Source of the DNA: an uncultured Anaerolineaceae bacterium
Lineage (GTDB): Bacteria > Chloroflexota > Anaerolineae > Anaerolineales > Villigracilaceae
Length of the DNA stretch: 39,721 bases
Direction: 5' to 3'
NCBI GenBank assembly: GCA_964585035.1
Contig: CAZPCR010000002.1
Span: forward strand, 1 to 39,721
This document shows, in pieces, positions 10,507 to 19,073 of the stretch. Every line of letters starts with the position of its first letter. The stretch's first letter is position 1. A program made the translations under genes and the position numbers. Under the pieces are notes generated by a model that worked only from the letters and a program-made list of their open reading frames with translations, did no database searches and had not been told where the DNA came from.

Positions 10507-13470
10507 ATGACTCTAAATCAAGATTTCATTAGTGAGCTTCGCGGGAAATTTACGGGTGACATTCGGTTAGACTTGGGTTCCAGAATTCTCTACAGCACTG
10601 ATGCGTCCATCTACCAAATCGAACCATTGGGTGTCGTAATCCCGCGAACGGAAGAAGACTTGCAAGCTGCCGTCGAGTTGGCTGCAAAATATCAAATTCC
10701 TATCCTGCCTCGTGGATCGGGCTCCTCGTTGGCGGGCCAGGCGATCGGCGAGGCTTTGATCCTGGATTGCTCACGCTGGCTTGATCGTATTATCGAAATT
10801 GACCCCGAATCAATGACGGCAACCGTGGAGCCTGGGGTCATTCTTTCTACTCTAAACAAGGCGGCTGCTAAATTTAGCCTTCAATTCGGCCCGGATCCTG
10901 CTTCTGCGGAACGGGCAACAATGGGCGGTGTCATCGCTAATAATGCTACTGGCGCGCATTCAATTTTATATGGGATGACCGCAGATCATTTATTATCTGC
11001 CGATGTGATCCATGCCGATGGAAGCCTTGGGACCTGGCGGGAAATGGAGATCGGGAATCTCAAGTTGGAGCCTGCATCGATATATTCATCCATTATTTCT
11101 ACTGCAATTGAGATTCGTGCTAATTATTCTGATGCAATCAAGGCTAATTATCCGCGGTCGTGGCGTAATTCAGCCGGTTACCGTTTAAATTATTTGCTCC
11201 CCTGGTCTCCTTCGGCACCCTCCCAATGGAATCGGAAAAAATATCCAGATGTTAAAGAAAACACAATTAACCTTGCGACTCTTCTGGCTGGCAGTGAAGG
11301 TACGCTTGGTGTTATTCGCCGGGCATCAATAAATCTTGTTCCAAAATCGAAGCACACAATTTTGGGAATCCTTGCCTATGGTAGTGAAGCTGAAGCCTGT
11401 GATGCTGTGCCGGATTTGTTGAAATATACACCCTCGGCGATAGAACTCATTCCTCAAATGATCCTTCGTTTAGCTCGAGGGATCCCGGCTTATGCCCGGC
11501 AAATGGGTTGGGTGACTTCGGCTGATAGTAAAAAGGATATACCAGCAGCTCTTTTGGTAATTGAATTTAGCGGAAATGACCCCTTGCAGCTTAATCAAAT
11601 GGCCAAGCGTCTAAGGCAGGATGTTGTGGTTTTAGAGTCTGTGGAAGACCAGGCGCAAGTTTGGAACATTCGTAAAGTGGGATTGGGTATATTAGATTCG
11701 CGTCAGCAGTCAGCACGGCCGGTGGCCTTCATTGAAGATTGTGCGATCCCTTTGGAACATTTGGGCGATTTTGTACGGGAAATTGAACGGATATTGGTTG
11801 AGCATGGAACGGAAGCGGGTATCTACGCACATGCCTCAGCCGGTTGTTTGCATATTCGCCCGATCCTTGATTTAAGGACGGGTCAGGGTGTTCGATTTTT
11901 AAGGGAGATCGCCGAACAAGTTGTTGCCCTTACTTTACGTTTGGGGGGTTCCATGTCATCGGAGCATGGCGACGGGATCGTGCGTGGAGAATGGTTGGAA
12001 AAGACGTATGGCGGTAAAGTATCGGCAGCAATGCGTGCATTAAAAAATGCTGCCGACCCGCATGGTTTGCTTAACCCCCAAAAAATGTTCGACGCTCCGG
12101 CAATGGATTCTCGTTTGCGCTTTGGCGTGGATTACAAGGTACAAGCCTGGTCACCAGGGATGGATTTTGCTCAGCCCGGTGGATTTATTGCAGCGTTGGA
12201 GCAATGTAATGGTCAGGGTGTATGTCGTAAAGAAACCGGAGTGATGTGCCCATCTTTTCAGGCAACAAGGGATGAAAAAAATTCAACCCGTGGCCGGGCG
12301 AATCTTTTGAGATCCTTGATCGGGATCAGGGGAGGGGGACAAGAGGCAGGTTTAAGAAAAAGGGAATTATCTCAGAATGTTTTTGACGCGTTGGATTTAT
12401 GCCTCGCTTGTAAAGGTTGCAAAGCGGAATGCCCTAGTGGTGTCGACATGGCAAAACTCAAATTCGTTTTCCAGGCGGAATATTATAAGAACCATCCAAG
12501 GTTGTTAAGAGATTATATTTTTGGATATTTTCATGTAACGGCTCGATTGTTATCCTCCATCGCGCCACTTATAAATCTTGGAATGGGGATTAGTCCAATA
12601 AGGCAATTTGTGGCAGGCGTCATGAAGATCACGCCCAATAGGCCATTTCCTAAATTTTCCCGAAAGGAGGCTAAGGTTAGATCGTTACCCGGACATCAAA
12701 AGGTATTGTTTTTACGTGACCCATTTACTCATTATGTCGAACCGAGAGTCGAGCAAGCAGCGTTTGACTTATTGTTCTCGATAGGATTCAATGTTGAAGT
12801 ATTGACTATAGTTGGTGCAGGAGCGTCGTTATTATCAAAGGGATTTATCCCTGCTGCGCGGAGTCATGCCAGGCGGATGTTGGATGAATTGAGAAGGCGA
12901 GATCCAAATAATTCAATTTCAATAGTGGGTATGGAACCTTCGGAAATTTATTCGCTCAAAAATGATTATTTAGACCTTCTCCCTGAGCGCCAAACAGAAA
13001 TAATATCTCGTTCGAATAAAACATGGCTGGTTGATGAATTTCTGATTCGGTCGGTTGAACTTACCAATTTGCGTGTAGTCACTAATCATAGAAAAATTAT
13101 TTTCCATCCACACTGCCACCAAAAGGCAGAAGGTCCCGCTAATGACGGACTTGCTAATGGAACAAATGCAAGCATCGAATTATTACGACGGCTGGGATAC
13201 GAGGTTGACTTAATTGATGCAGGGTGTTGCGGTATGGCTGGCACATTTGGGTATGAAGAGGAGCATTATGATCTATCACAAAAAGTTGGTGAATTGAAAT
13301 TATTCCCTATTATAAAGAATCACGATATTGGTTATATATTAGCGGCTACCGGAGCAGCCTGTAGAATGCAAATTGTACAAAGCACAGGAAGAGAAGCAGT
13401 ACATCCAATTGTTTTGGCGGAACTTGCTGTTAATAATCTGGGAGCACAGAGCCGGAATTTAACTGATTGA
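10507..13470 (+). CDS. FAD-linked oxidase fused to Fe-S / CCG-domain oxidoreductase (GlcD-GlcF-type fusion, YdiJ-like)
   Basis: N-terminal FAD-binding PCMH-type region (PRGSGSSLAGQA) and a 4Fe-4S cluster motif CLACKGCKAECP. C-terminal Cys-rich repeats (DAGCCGMAGTFG). 987 aa. Confidence 0.85.
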   Translation: MTLNQDFISELRGKFTGDIRLDLGSRILYSTDASIYQIEPLGVVIPRTEEDLQAAVELAAKYQIPILPRGSGSSLAGQAIGEALILDCSRWLDRIIEIDPESMTATVEPGVILSTLNKAAAKFSLQFGPDPASAERATMGGVIANNATGAHSILYGMTADHLLSADVIHADGSLGTWREMEIGNLKLEPASIYSSIISTAIEIRANYSDAIKANYPRSWRNSAGYRLNYLLPWSPSAPSQWNRKKYPDVKENTINLATLLAGSEGTLGVIRRASINLVPKSKHTILGILAYGSEAEACDAVPDLLKYTPSAIELIPQMILRLARGIPAYARQMGWVTSADSKKDIPAALLVIEFSGNDPLQLNQMAKRLRQDVVVLESVEDQAQVWNIRKVGLGILDSRQQSARPVAFIEDCAIPLEHLGDFVREIERILVEHGTEAGIYAHASAGCLHIRPILDLRTGQGVRFLREIAEQVVALTLRLGGSMSSEHGDGIVRGEWLEKTYGGKVSAAMRALKNAADPHGLLNPQKMFDAPAMDSRLRFGVDYKVQAWSPGMDFAQPGGFIAALEQCNGQGVCRKETGVMCPSFQATRDEKNSTRGRANLLRSLIGIRGGGQEAGLRKRELSQNVFDALDLCLACKGCKAECPSGVDMAKLKFVFQAEYYKNHPRLLRDYIFGYFHVTARLLSSIAPLINLGMGISPIRQFVAGVMKITPNRPFPKFSRKEAKVRSLPGHQKVLFLRDPFTHYVEPRVEQAAFDLLFSIGFNVEVLTIVGAGASLLSKGFIPAARSHARRMLDELRRRDPNNSISIVGMEPSEIYSLKNDYLDLLPERQTEIISRSNKTWLVDEFLIRSVELTNLRVVTNHRKIIFHPHCHQKAEGPANDGLANGTNASIELLRRLGYEVDLIDAGCCGMAGTFGYEEEHYDLSQKVGELKLFPIIKNHDIGYILAATGAACRMQIVQSTGREAVHPIVLAELAVNNLGAQSRNLTD

Positions 13471-13533
13471 CTGGGAAATTTTTCAAATTATTCACTCCCC
13501 AGCTAATCATACAATGCTTATTCTTCAGTTTTA

Positions 13534-14181
13534 TCAATTCCAGGAATTGATTATTTGTGCCACAATGGCAAATGCAACAGCCACATTAAAGGATCGCTTT
13601 TGCCCTCGCATTGGAAGGTGGGTGATGTGATCTGCAATTTCCAGAATACCCGGATCAACTCCGGTTATTTCATTTCCAACTACTAATAGAAGACATTTTG
13701 GCTTGTGAAAATTGGCAATTGCAGTGTTGATGGCTATGGAATTCCGGGTCTTCTCGAGTGCCCATATTTCATAATCCAAGTTCTTTAAACTGTTAATTAA
13801 TTCAACCGCATTTTTATGCGAAGACCACTTGACATATTGCTCGGCTCCAACTGCCGATTTTCGAACTTCGCTAAGATCGGGAGTCGGTGTAATGCCGCAT
13901 AAATATATGTGGCTGAACTCGAAGCCGTCTGCAGAACGGAATATGGATCCGACATTCAAAGCAGACCGAATATTGTCCAGGAGGACATATAGATTGGTAT
14001 TTAGTGAAATTGGGCGTTTGTCTTGAACTATTTCTTGTGAAGTGGATTGTTCGAATACGGATACCGTTTCTCCTGAACAAACCGGGCATCTTTCACCGAA
14101 TGGACTATCTTTTAAAAGCGGGTAGCGTAGGCCGCATTCTGGACTTTTACAAACCCGAATTTGAAACGAGACAGCAGGCAT
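13534..14181 (-). CDS. SpoU/TrmH-family RNA 2'-O-methyltransferase with an N-terminal zinc ribbon
   Basis: SpoU motifs NVGSIFRSADG, VVGNEITGV and RSFNVAVAFAIV. The N-terminus has CKSPECG...CPVCSG (four Cys). Confidence 0.85.
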   Translation of the reverse strand: MPAVSFQIRVCKSPECGLRYPLLKDSPFGERCPVCSGETVSVFEQSTSQEIVQDKRPISLNTNLYVLLDNIRSALNVGSIFRSADGFEFSHIYLCGITPTPDLSEVRKSAVGAEQYVKWSSHKNAVELINSLKNLDYEIWALEKTRNSIAINTAIANFHKPKCLLLVVGNEITGVDPGILEIADHITHLPMRGQKRSFNVAVAFAIVAQIINSWN

Positions 14182-14216
14182 AAGGCGACATTATACTTCT
14201 GCGTGGAATCAATATC

Positions 14217-15680
14217 TTATATGGAAGGTCCGCTATTCTTAATTGACAAACCAGATTCGATAATAATTCGTGGAACAATTTCCTCCCAACCCACAGCCAT
14301 GAGATGAATTCCGTTTATGGTTTTCGTTTTTTTGATTTTTTCGATGAGCTCAACCGCGATCAGAATGCCCTCTTCCTGTAAACCGCCCTTTGCTTCTGCT
14401 TTCTCCAAACGGTTGATGACGGCTTTAGGGATAAAAACTCCGGGCACCTCGGTACTCATGTATCGAGCCATTTTTAATGTTTTAAGCGGAGTAATTCCAA
14501 TAAGAAGGAAAACCTTGTCAAGGATATTTCTTTTAGCAATTTCATTAAGCCATTCTTCCAGCCCTTGATATTCGAAAACCAGATTCGTCTGGAAGAACTG
14601 AGCGCCTGCATTTACTTTTTTATGTTCACGCAGAGCCTGGAATTTCGGTTTGGAAGCGAATGGGGATGCGGCTGCTCCTAAAAAATATTGGGGTGGCGTT
14701 TTAATCTCACGTCCGTCGAGGTACTTTCCTTCATCCCGCATTCGCCTCAGGATCCAAAGCATTTGGACAGAGTCGATGTCGATTATATCCATCCTTCCGC
14801 GCGGGGATGGCGACATCTTCATTGAGTCACCTGATATGCAAAGGATGTTGTGAATTCCAAGGGCGGTAGCGCCGATCACTTCTGATTGCAAACCGACTCT
14901 GGTACGGTCGCGTGCTGCAATCTGCATTACAGGCTCCGCACCTTGTTCGATGGCGAGTTTGCTGCAGGCCCAGGATGACATACGGGGTGTAGCGGATGGG
15001 CTGTCTGTAAAATTAATTGCTGCTACATACGGCTTGATAAGCTCAATATTCTTTAAGAACTTGTCAGTCTTTACACTTAACGGAGGCGCTACCTCGGCAG
15101 TCACCACGAACTCACCGGCCTTTAGTCTTCGTTCCAATTCTGAAGCCGGTTCTGGATTAAGCGGCGGATGATATTTGTTGTCACCCCCCCACCATGTTGG
15201 CTGGCGCACGGGCCGAAAGATGGATTCCCATGTTTCCGCCCGATTGTCCGCTGGCCCATTTATTAAACTACTGGCGGCATTTTTCAATCCAATTTGTTTG
15301 AACCGGTTTATAACATCGCCCCATGTTTCAGTACCGACCTTTTCCCAATCCAGTGGAGGCAGAATTTCCAACAAACGATCTTCACGCCCCATGGCGAAAG
15401 ACCTTTCATATATCTCATACCAGATACAGGGACGGGTTTCGTCGACATAGCAATGTTCGGGTGTCGAACCTCCGCAGGGACCATTGCGAGCTCCCTTTGG
15501 ACATTCCATGGGACAGATAAACGCCGTTTCCTGTAACAGACAATTGCCACACATGCGACAACCAAACAATGGCCCTTTAATTGATCTTTCGATAATCGCC
15601 TTTGCTCGCTGCCCGAAGGATTCTTTTTTAAAAGGCGAATAAGGTGGCTGCCAGCGACGTCCTGGAGTGAATAATGGCAT
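14217..15680 (-). CDS. metF: Methylenetetrahydrofolate reductase with an N-terminal Cys-rich MetV-like (MTHFR_C-type) domain
   Basis: N-terminal CRMCGNCLLQETAFICPMECPKGARNGPCGG, followed by a MetF-like TIM-barrel region (FVVTAEVAPP, AINFTDSP, ILCISGD, QFFQTNLVF). I chose the ATG at 15680 because AAGAGG lies 7 nt upstream. The TTG at 15734 is probably an ORF-caller extension. Confidence 0.8.
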   Translation of the reverse strand: MPLFTPGRRWQPPYSPFKKESFGQRAKAIIERSIKGPLFGCRMCGNCLLQETAFICPMECPKGARNGPCGGSTPEHCYVDETRPCIWYEIYERSFAMGREDRLLEILPPLDWEKVGTETWGDVINRFKQIGLKNAASSLINGPADNRAETWESIFRPVRQPTWWGGDNKYHPPLNPEPASELERRLKAGEFVVTAEVAPPLSVKTDKFLKNIELIKPYVAAINFTDSPSATPRMSSWACSKLAIEQGAEPVMQIAARDRTRVGLQSEVIGATALGIHNILCISGDSMKMSPSPRGRMDIIDIDSVQMLWILRRMRDEGKYLDGREIKTPPQYFLGAAASPFASKPKFQALREHKKVNAGAQFFQTNLVFEYQGLEEWLNEIAKRNILDKVFLLIGITPLKTLKMARYMSTEVPGVFIPKAVINRLEKAEAKGGLQEEGILIAVELIEKIKKTKTINGIHLMAVGWEEIVPRIIIESGLSIKNSGPSI

Positions 15681-15797
15681 AATCGACCTCTTTATTGACA
15701 GATTAAACTTACTTTCTGTTTTACTAACCTCCAAGTGACATTTTTCCTTGTTTCGTCGTCGAAAATCTTCAGGTCAAAGCGGTTATAATTTTGTTAT

Positions 15798-16796
15798 ATG
15801 CAGATTCGTTGGTTAAAAATAATAATTGCTGCCATTTCTTTAATTCTGGTTGTAAGTTTTATGCCGGAAATGGTTAGTACAGCTCGAACTCTGACTTTGG
15901 CTCCTGCTTCCAATGTTTACGATTTGATCGATGCAGTCAACGGACTGCGTTCTTCACATGGGTTACCTGCATATAAAAGCAATTCGATACTTATGCAGAT
16001 TGCTCAATCACAGGCGAATTACGTTGCTTCAACGAATGGGGCGAATGGAGACCTTGGGCCGGGTGGATCGCGTGCGCTTGACCGCGCCATTGCTGCTGGA
16101 TATCCCGTTTCAGGTGGTTTTATCTCACAGAATTGGGTTTCCGGACATAATTTGGATGCTCAGGGTGCTGTTAATATTTGGATGGGGGACGCTCCACATC
16201 AACTTACTATGCTTTCCAGCGACTTGCAAGATATTGGCGCAGGAATGGCGCAAAATGGTGATCTAACTTATTATGTGATTGATTGTGGATTGGCTGCTGG
16301 ATCGGTGCCAGTCCCGACCTTGTCGAGCGGGGGGGTGGTGATTACTGTAAGCGGCACGCCTGTTACCCAAGAAGCGACCATTCCTGCTGCTATTGTGAGC
16401 ACACCTGACGGAAAAGGGAATATATACCATATTGTTCAACCGGGACAGACTTTGTGGCAAATTGCACTTGCTTATAAGACCACAGTAAATGTAATTCAAA
16501 GTTCGAATAGCCTTGCTTCAGACAATATTATTGCAGGCCAGAAGTTGTTTATCTCACGCGTAGGGACGTCTACAACCATGCCAGCAACTCCTACTGTTAC
16601 GCAAAACCCTGTAAGCTCTACCCCCCTACCAACTTTTGTTTTTTTTACCCCAACACCCACAAGTACATCTACTTCAACGCCCGCCGTGCCCATATCTGGG
16701 CTAACAGGTGCTGGCACTTCGGTGATCGCCATCATTCTTGTGGCGCTTTCAGCAGCCGGGTTGGTCGCCTGGATTGGCCGTGGGCGCACAATTTGA
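15798..16796 (+). CDS. Membrane-anchored CAP (SCP/PR1-like) plus LysM domain protein
   Basis: N-terminal signal/anchor, a CAP-like region (NGLRSSHGLPAY...ANYVAS) and LysM (YHIVQPGQTLWQIALAYKTTVNVIQSSNSL...GQKLFI). Also a T/P/S linker and a C-terminal TM helix. Confidence 0.75.
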   Translation: MQIRWLKIIIAAISLILVVSFMPEMVSTARTLTLAPASNVYDLIDAVNGLRSSHGLPAYKSNSILMQIAQSQANYVASTNGANGDLGPGGSRALDRAIAAGYPVSGGFISQNWVSGHNLDAQGAVNIWMGDAPHQLTMLSSDLQDIGAGMAQNGDLTYYVIDCGLAAGSVPVPTLSSGGVVITVSGTPVTQEATIPAAIVSTPDGKGNIYHIVQPGQTLWQIALAYKTTVNVIQSSNSLASDNIIAGQKLFISRVGTSTTMPATPTVTQNPVSSTPLPTFVFFTPTPTSTSTSTPAVPISGLTGAGTSVIAIILVALSAAGLVAWIGRGRTI

Positions 16797-16820
16797 ATAA
16801 GTCATGAAAAGGAGTAAAGA

Positions 16821-17708
16821 ATGACCGAAATCCGGATTGATGCATTGCTGCCGCAAGAAATGGCTGAACGAGCCGAGCAATTAGGAGCCCGGAAATCCGA
16901 GATGAGTATCCTGAAAACGTTCATGCTTGCAGTCTTGGCTGGAGCGTTTATTTCATTAGGTGCCATTTTTGCTACTACAGTGAGTGCTGTTGGCATGTCC
17001 GTAATGGCGTCTGACGGATCGGTCGCTTATAACACTTCGCTGCCTTATGGGGTGGTCCGGTTGATGGCCGGGCTTGTATTTAGCTTAGGGCTCATCTTGG
17101 TAGTAGTGGGTGGGGCCGAATTATTTACTGGAAACAATTTGATCATAATGGCCTGGGCAAATGGAAAGGTGCGCGGGTTGGCAGTTTTGCGTAACTGGAT
17201 CATTGTTTACGTTGGAAATTTTTTCGGCGCCATCGGCACCGCTGGTTTGATGTTTTTTACCAAACAATACACATTCGGTTCTAATGCAGTTGGGATTACA
17301 GCTCTGAAAACCGCTGTCAGTAAATGTGATTATACGTTTATTCAGGCGGTTGCTCTTGGTATTTTGTGTAATGCATTAGTGTGCCTCGCTGTCTGGCTGA
17401 CTTATAGCGCGCGTACCACGACTGATAAAATATTAGCAATTATCTTCCCGATATCGGCTTTCGTCGCAGCGGGCTTTGAACACAGTATAGCGAATATGTA
17501 TTACATTCCTTATGCATTGTTTATTAAAATCTATGACCCAAATTTTATTGGGACGCTGAACGGACAAGTTGCTCATCTCGAAAAGTTAACCTGGCAGGCT
17601 TTCTTTGTAAATAATCTGTTGCCGGTTACATTAGGGAATATTATTGGCGGATCTGTCCTGGTGGCCGCAGTCTACTGGGTGATATATCTTCGTCGACCCG
17701 GTTCGTAA
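16821..17708 (+). CDS. Formate/nitrite transporter (FNT) family channel
   Basis: Six-TM layout with FVAAGFEHSIANMYY and GAELFTGNN, the FNT signature regions. Confidence 0.9.
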   Translation: MTEIRIDALLPQEMAERAEQLGARKSEMSILKTFMLAVLAGAFISLGAIFATTVSAVGMSVMASDGSVAYNTSLPYGVVRLMAGLVFSLGLILVVVGGAELFTGNNLIIMAWANGKVRGLAVLRNWIIVYVGNFFGAIGTAGLMFFTKQYTFGSNAVGITALKTAVSKCDYTFIQAVALGILCNALVCLAVWLTYSARTTTDKILAIIFPISAFVAAGFEHSIANMYYIPYALFIKIYDPNFIGTLNGQVAHLEKLTWQAFFVNNLLPVTLGNIIGGSVLVAAVYWVIYLRRPGS

Positions 17709-17709
17709 A

Positions 17710-17772
17710 TTATATAAGTAGGAAAAGTGTCGTATTTTCTAGATTTTAAGTTCGCATTCCCTACTTATATAA
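17710..17772. repeat. 13-bp perfect inverted repeat with a 37-nt spacer in the FNT/lipoprotein intergenic region
   Basis: TTATATAAGTAGG (17710-17722) and CCTACTTATATAA (17760-17772). Confidence 0.6.
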
Positions 17773-17838
17773 GGTAAAATTGCTGCCGATTGGCTTTTTT
17801 CCCAGATCCATTAGAATAATTAATTGGAGAAAGAATCA

Positions 17839-18471
17839 GTGAAAAGTTTATTTTTCGTTTCATCGGTCCTGGCACTTACTTTAACTGCTTGTGGAGCTGC
17901 ACCGGCTCCAACGATTGACGCTAGTCAGGTGCAGGCATCAGCACTGGCAGTCGCAAGTACAATGTATGCAATGACTCAAGCGGCAATTCCACCAACTTTT
18001 GTTCCCACGAATACTCCCGTGCCGAGTCCAACGGATCTCCCCAGCCCGACCCCCTTACCCCCTTTGCCAATGACGACTGATACTCCGTTTGCGATACAAA
18101 ACCCAACATCCATCCCGAGTACCGATTCTTGTAATGGACCGTTAGTTAATAAACCATCTGCGGCGGCGGATGCAGGAAAGATTGGAACTAATATAAAGAT
18201 TACGAATGCCACTAAAGCTACGATAACTGTATCTCTTTACCTCAATAAGAATCGACAAGGAGAATGTGGCTATAAATCTTATGTCCTTTCCAAGGCAAGT
18301 TCGACTTCCATAACGAACGATTTACCTTTCGGATGTTATAGCATTTCTGCTTTTGTAAACGATCCTAAGAAGCCAACATCACCATCATATGGCTCATGTG
18401 TTAATATAACAGGGATCGATAAAACGACAATTACAGTCTCGGCGGATAGCATAAAAGTGACTGGTCCTTGA
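17839..18471 (+). CDS. Secreted lipoprotein, unknown function
   Basis: A GTG start with GGAG 9 nt upstream. Signal peptide plus lipobox (VLALTLTAC), a P/T-rich linker, then a Cys-containing domain likely rich in beta strands. Confidence 0.7.
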   Translation: MKSLFFVSSVLALTLTACGAAPAPTIDASQVQASALAVASTMYAMTQAAIPPTFVPTNTPVPSPTDLPSPTPLPPLPMTTDTPFAIQNPTSIPSTDSCNGPLVNKPSAAADAGKIGTNIKITNATKATITVSLYLNKNRQGECGYKSYVLSKASSTSITNDLPFGCYSISAFVNDPKKPTSPSYGSCVNITGIDKTTITVSADSIKVTGP

Positions 18472-18512
18472 TCAAACAGATAAGGATATTGGTGATGATG
18501 TAAAATGGGTAT

Positions 18513-18797
18513 GTGAAAATTGACAATGTTGTTTTTCGCGTCCATGCAATTCAAAGGATGTTTGAGCGCGAAATTTCTGTAAAAAGTGTTAAGAAAATAT
18601 TGGAAACTGGTGAAATCATCGAAGATTATTCGGCCGAGATGCCTGAGCCGGGGCGATTAATCATGGGGTACCAGGGGAACCGACCGATCCATCTTGTTTT
18701 ATCAGAAAATACAAAAGGCAACCAAGTAATTATTGTCACAGTGTATATACCTGGTCCAGATAGGTGGAAGAAAGATCACCGAAGCCGGATCAGATGA
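18513..18797 (+). CDS. DUF4258-family protein (putative type II toxin)
   Basis: 94 aa: FRVHAIQRMFEREISVKSVKKILETGEIIEDY...PIHLVLSEN...IIVTVYIPGPDRW. Its stop overlaps the next start in ATGA. Confidence 0.75.
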   Translation: MKIDNVVFRVHAIQRMFEREISVKSVKKILETGEIIEDYSAEMPEPGRLIMGYQGNRPIHLVLSENTKGNQVIIVTVYIPGPDRWKKDHRSRIR

Positions 18798-19027
18798 TTT
18801 GCCTTATTTGTAGACAGGCTCAACTTGTTCCCGGTTTTACATCTGTAAAATTGGATCACGAAGAAATTAATCTAACCGTCAGTGGGGTTCCAGCAAGCGT
18901 ATGTCCCAATTGTGGAGATGCTTATCTGGATGAAACGGCAGCAACGCGTTTGTTGCAAATAGTGAAGCAAAGTATTGAATCGGGGGAACCTATGGAATTC
19001 TTGGAATATTCGATTACTGATAAATAA
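18794..19027 (+). CDS. YgiT-type zinc-finger protein (MqsA-like antitoxin N-domain only)
   Basis: C-x2-C ... C-x2-C (CLICRQ ... CPNCGDAYLDE). 77 aa. It has a 4-nt ATGA overlap with the DUF4258 gene. Confidence 0.75.
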   Translation: MICLICRQAQLVPGFTSVKLDHEEINLTVSGVPASVCPNCGDAYLDETAATRLLQIVKQSIESGEPMEFLEYSITDK

Positions 19028-19073
19028 CCAAACATGGTTCTCATATCGTTGGTTCTGGATTATGATTTTCAGG

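Noticed and set aside
15681-15797. Riboswitch (THF, SAM or SAH) upstream of the MTHFR gene.
   Set aside because: Only about 117 nt is shared with the divergent promoter. I saw none of the conserved cores of those riboswitch classes, and the space is too small once promoter elements are accounted for.
16560-16700. Tandem-repeat-like DNA (TPTPTSTSTSTP here, and the P/T-rich stretch at about 17990-18080). I checked these as possible CRISPR, VNTR or contingency repeats.
   Set aside because: They are short, imperfect, in-frame low-complexity linker codons within secreted proteins. There is no repeat-spacer periodicity.
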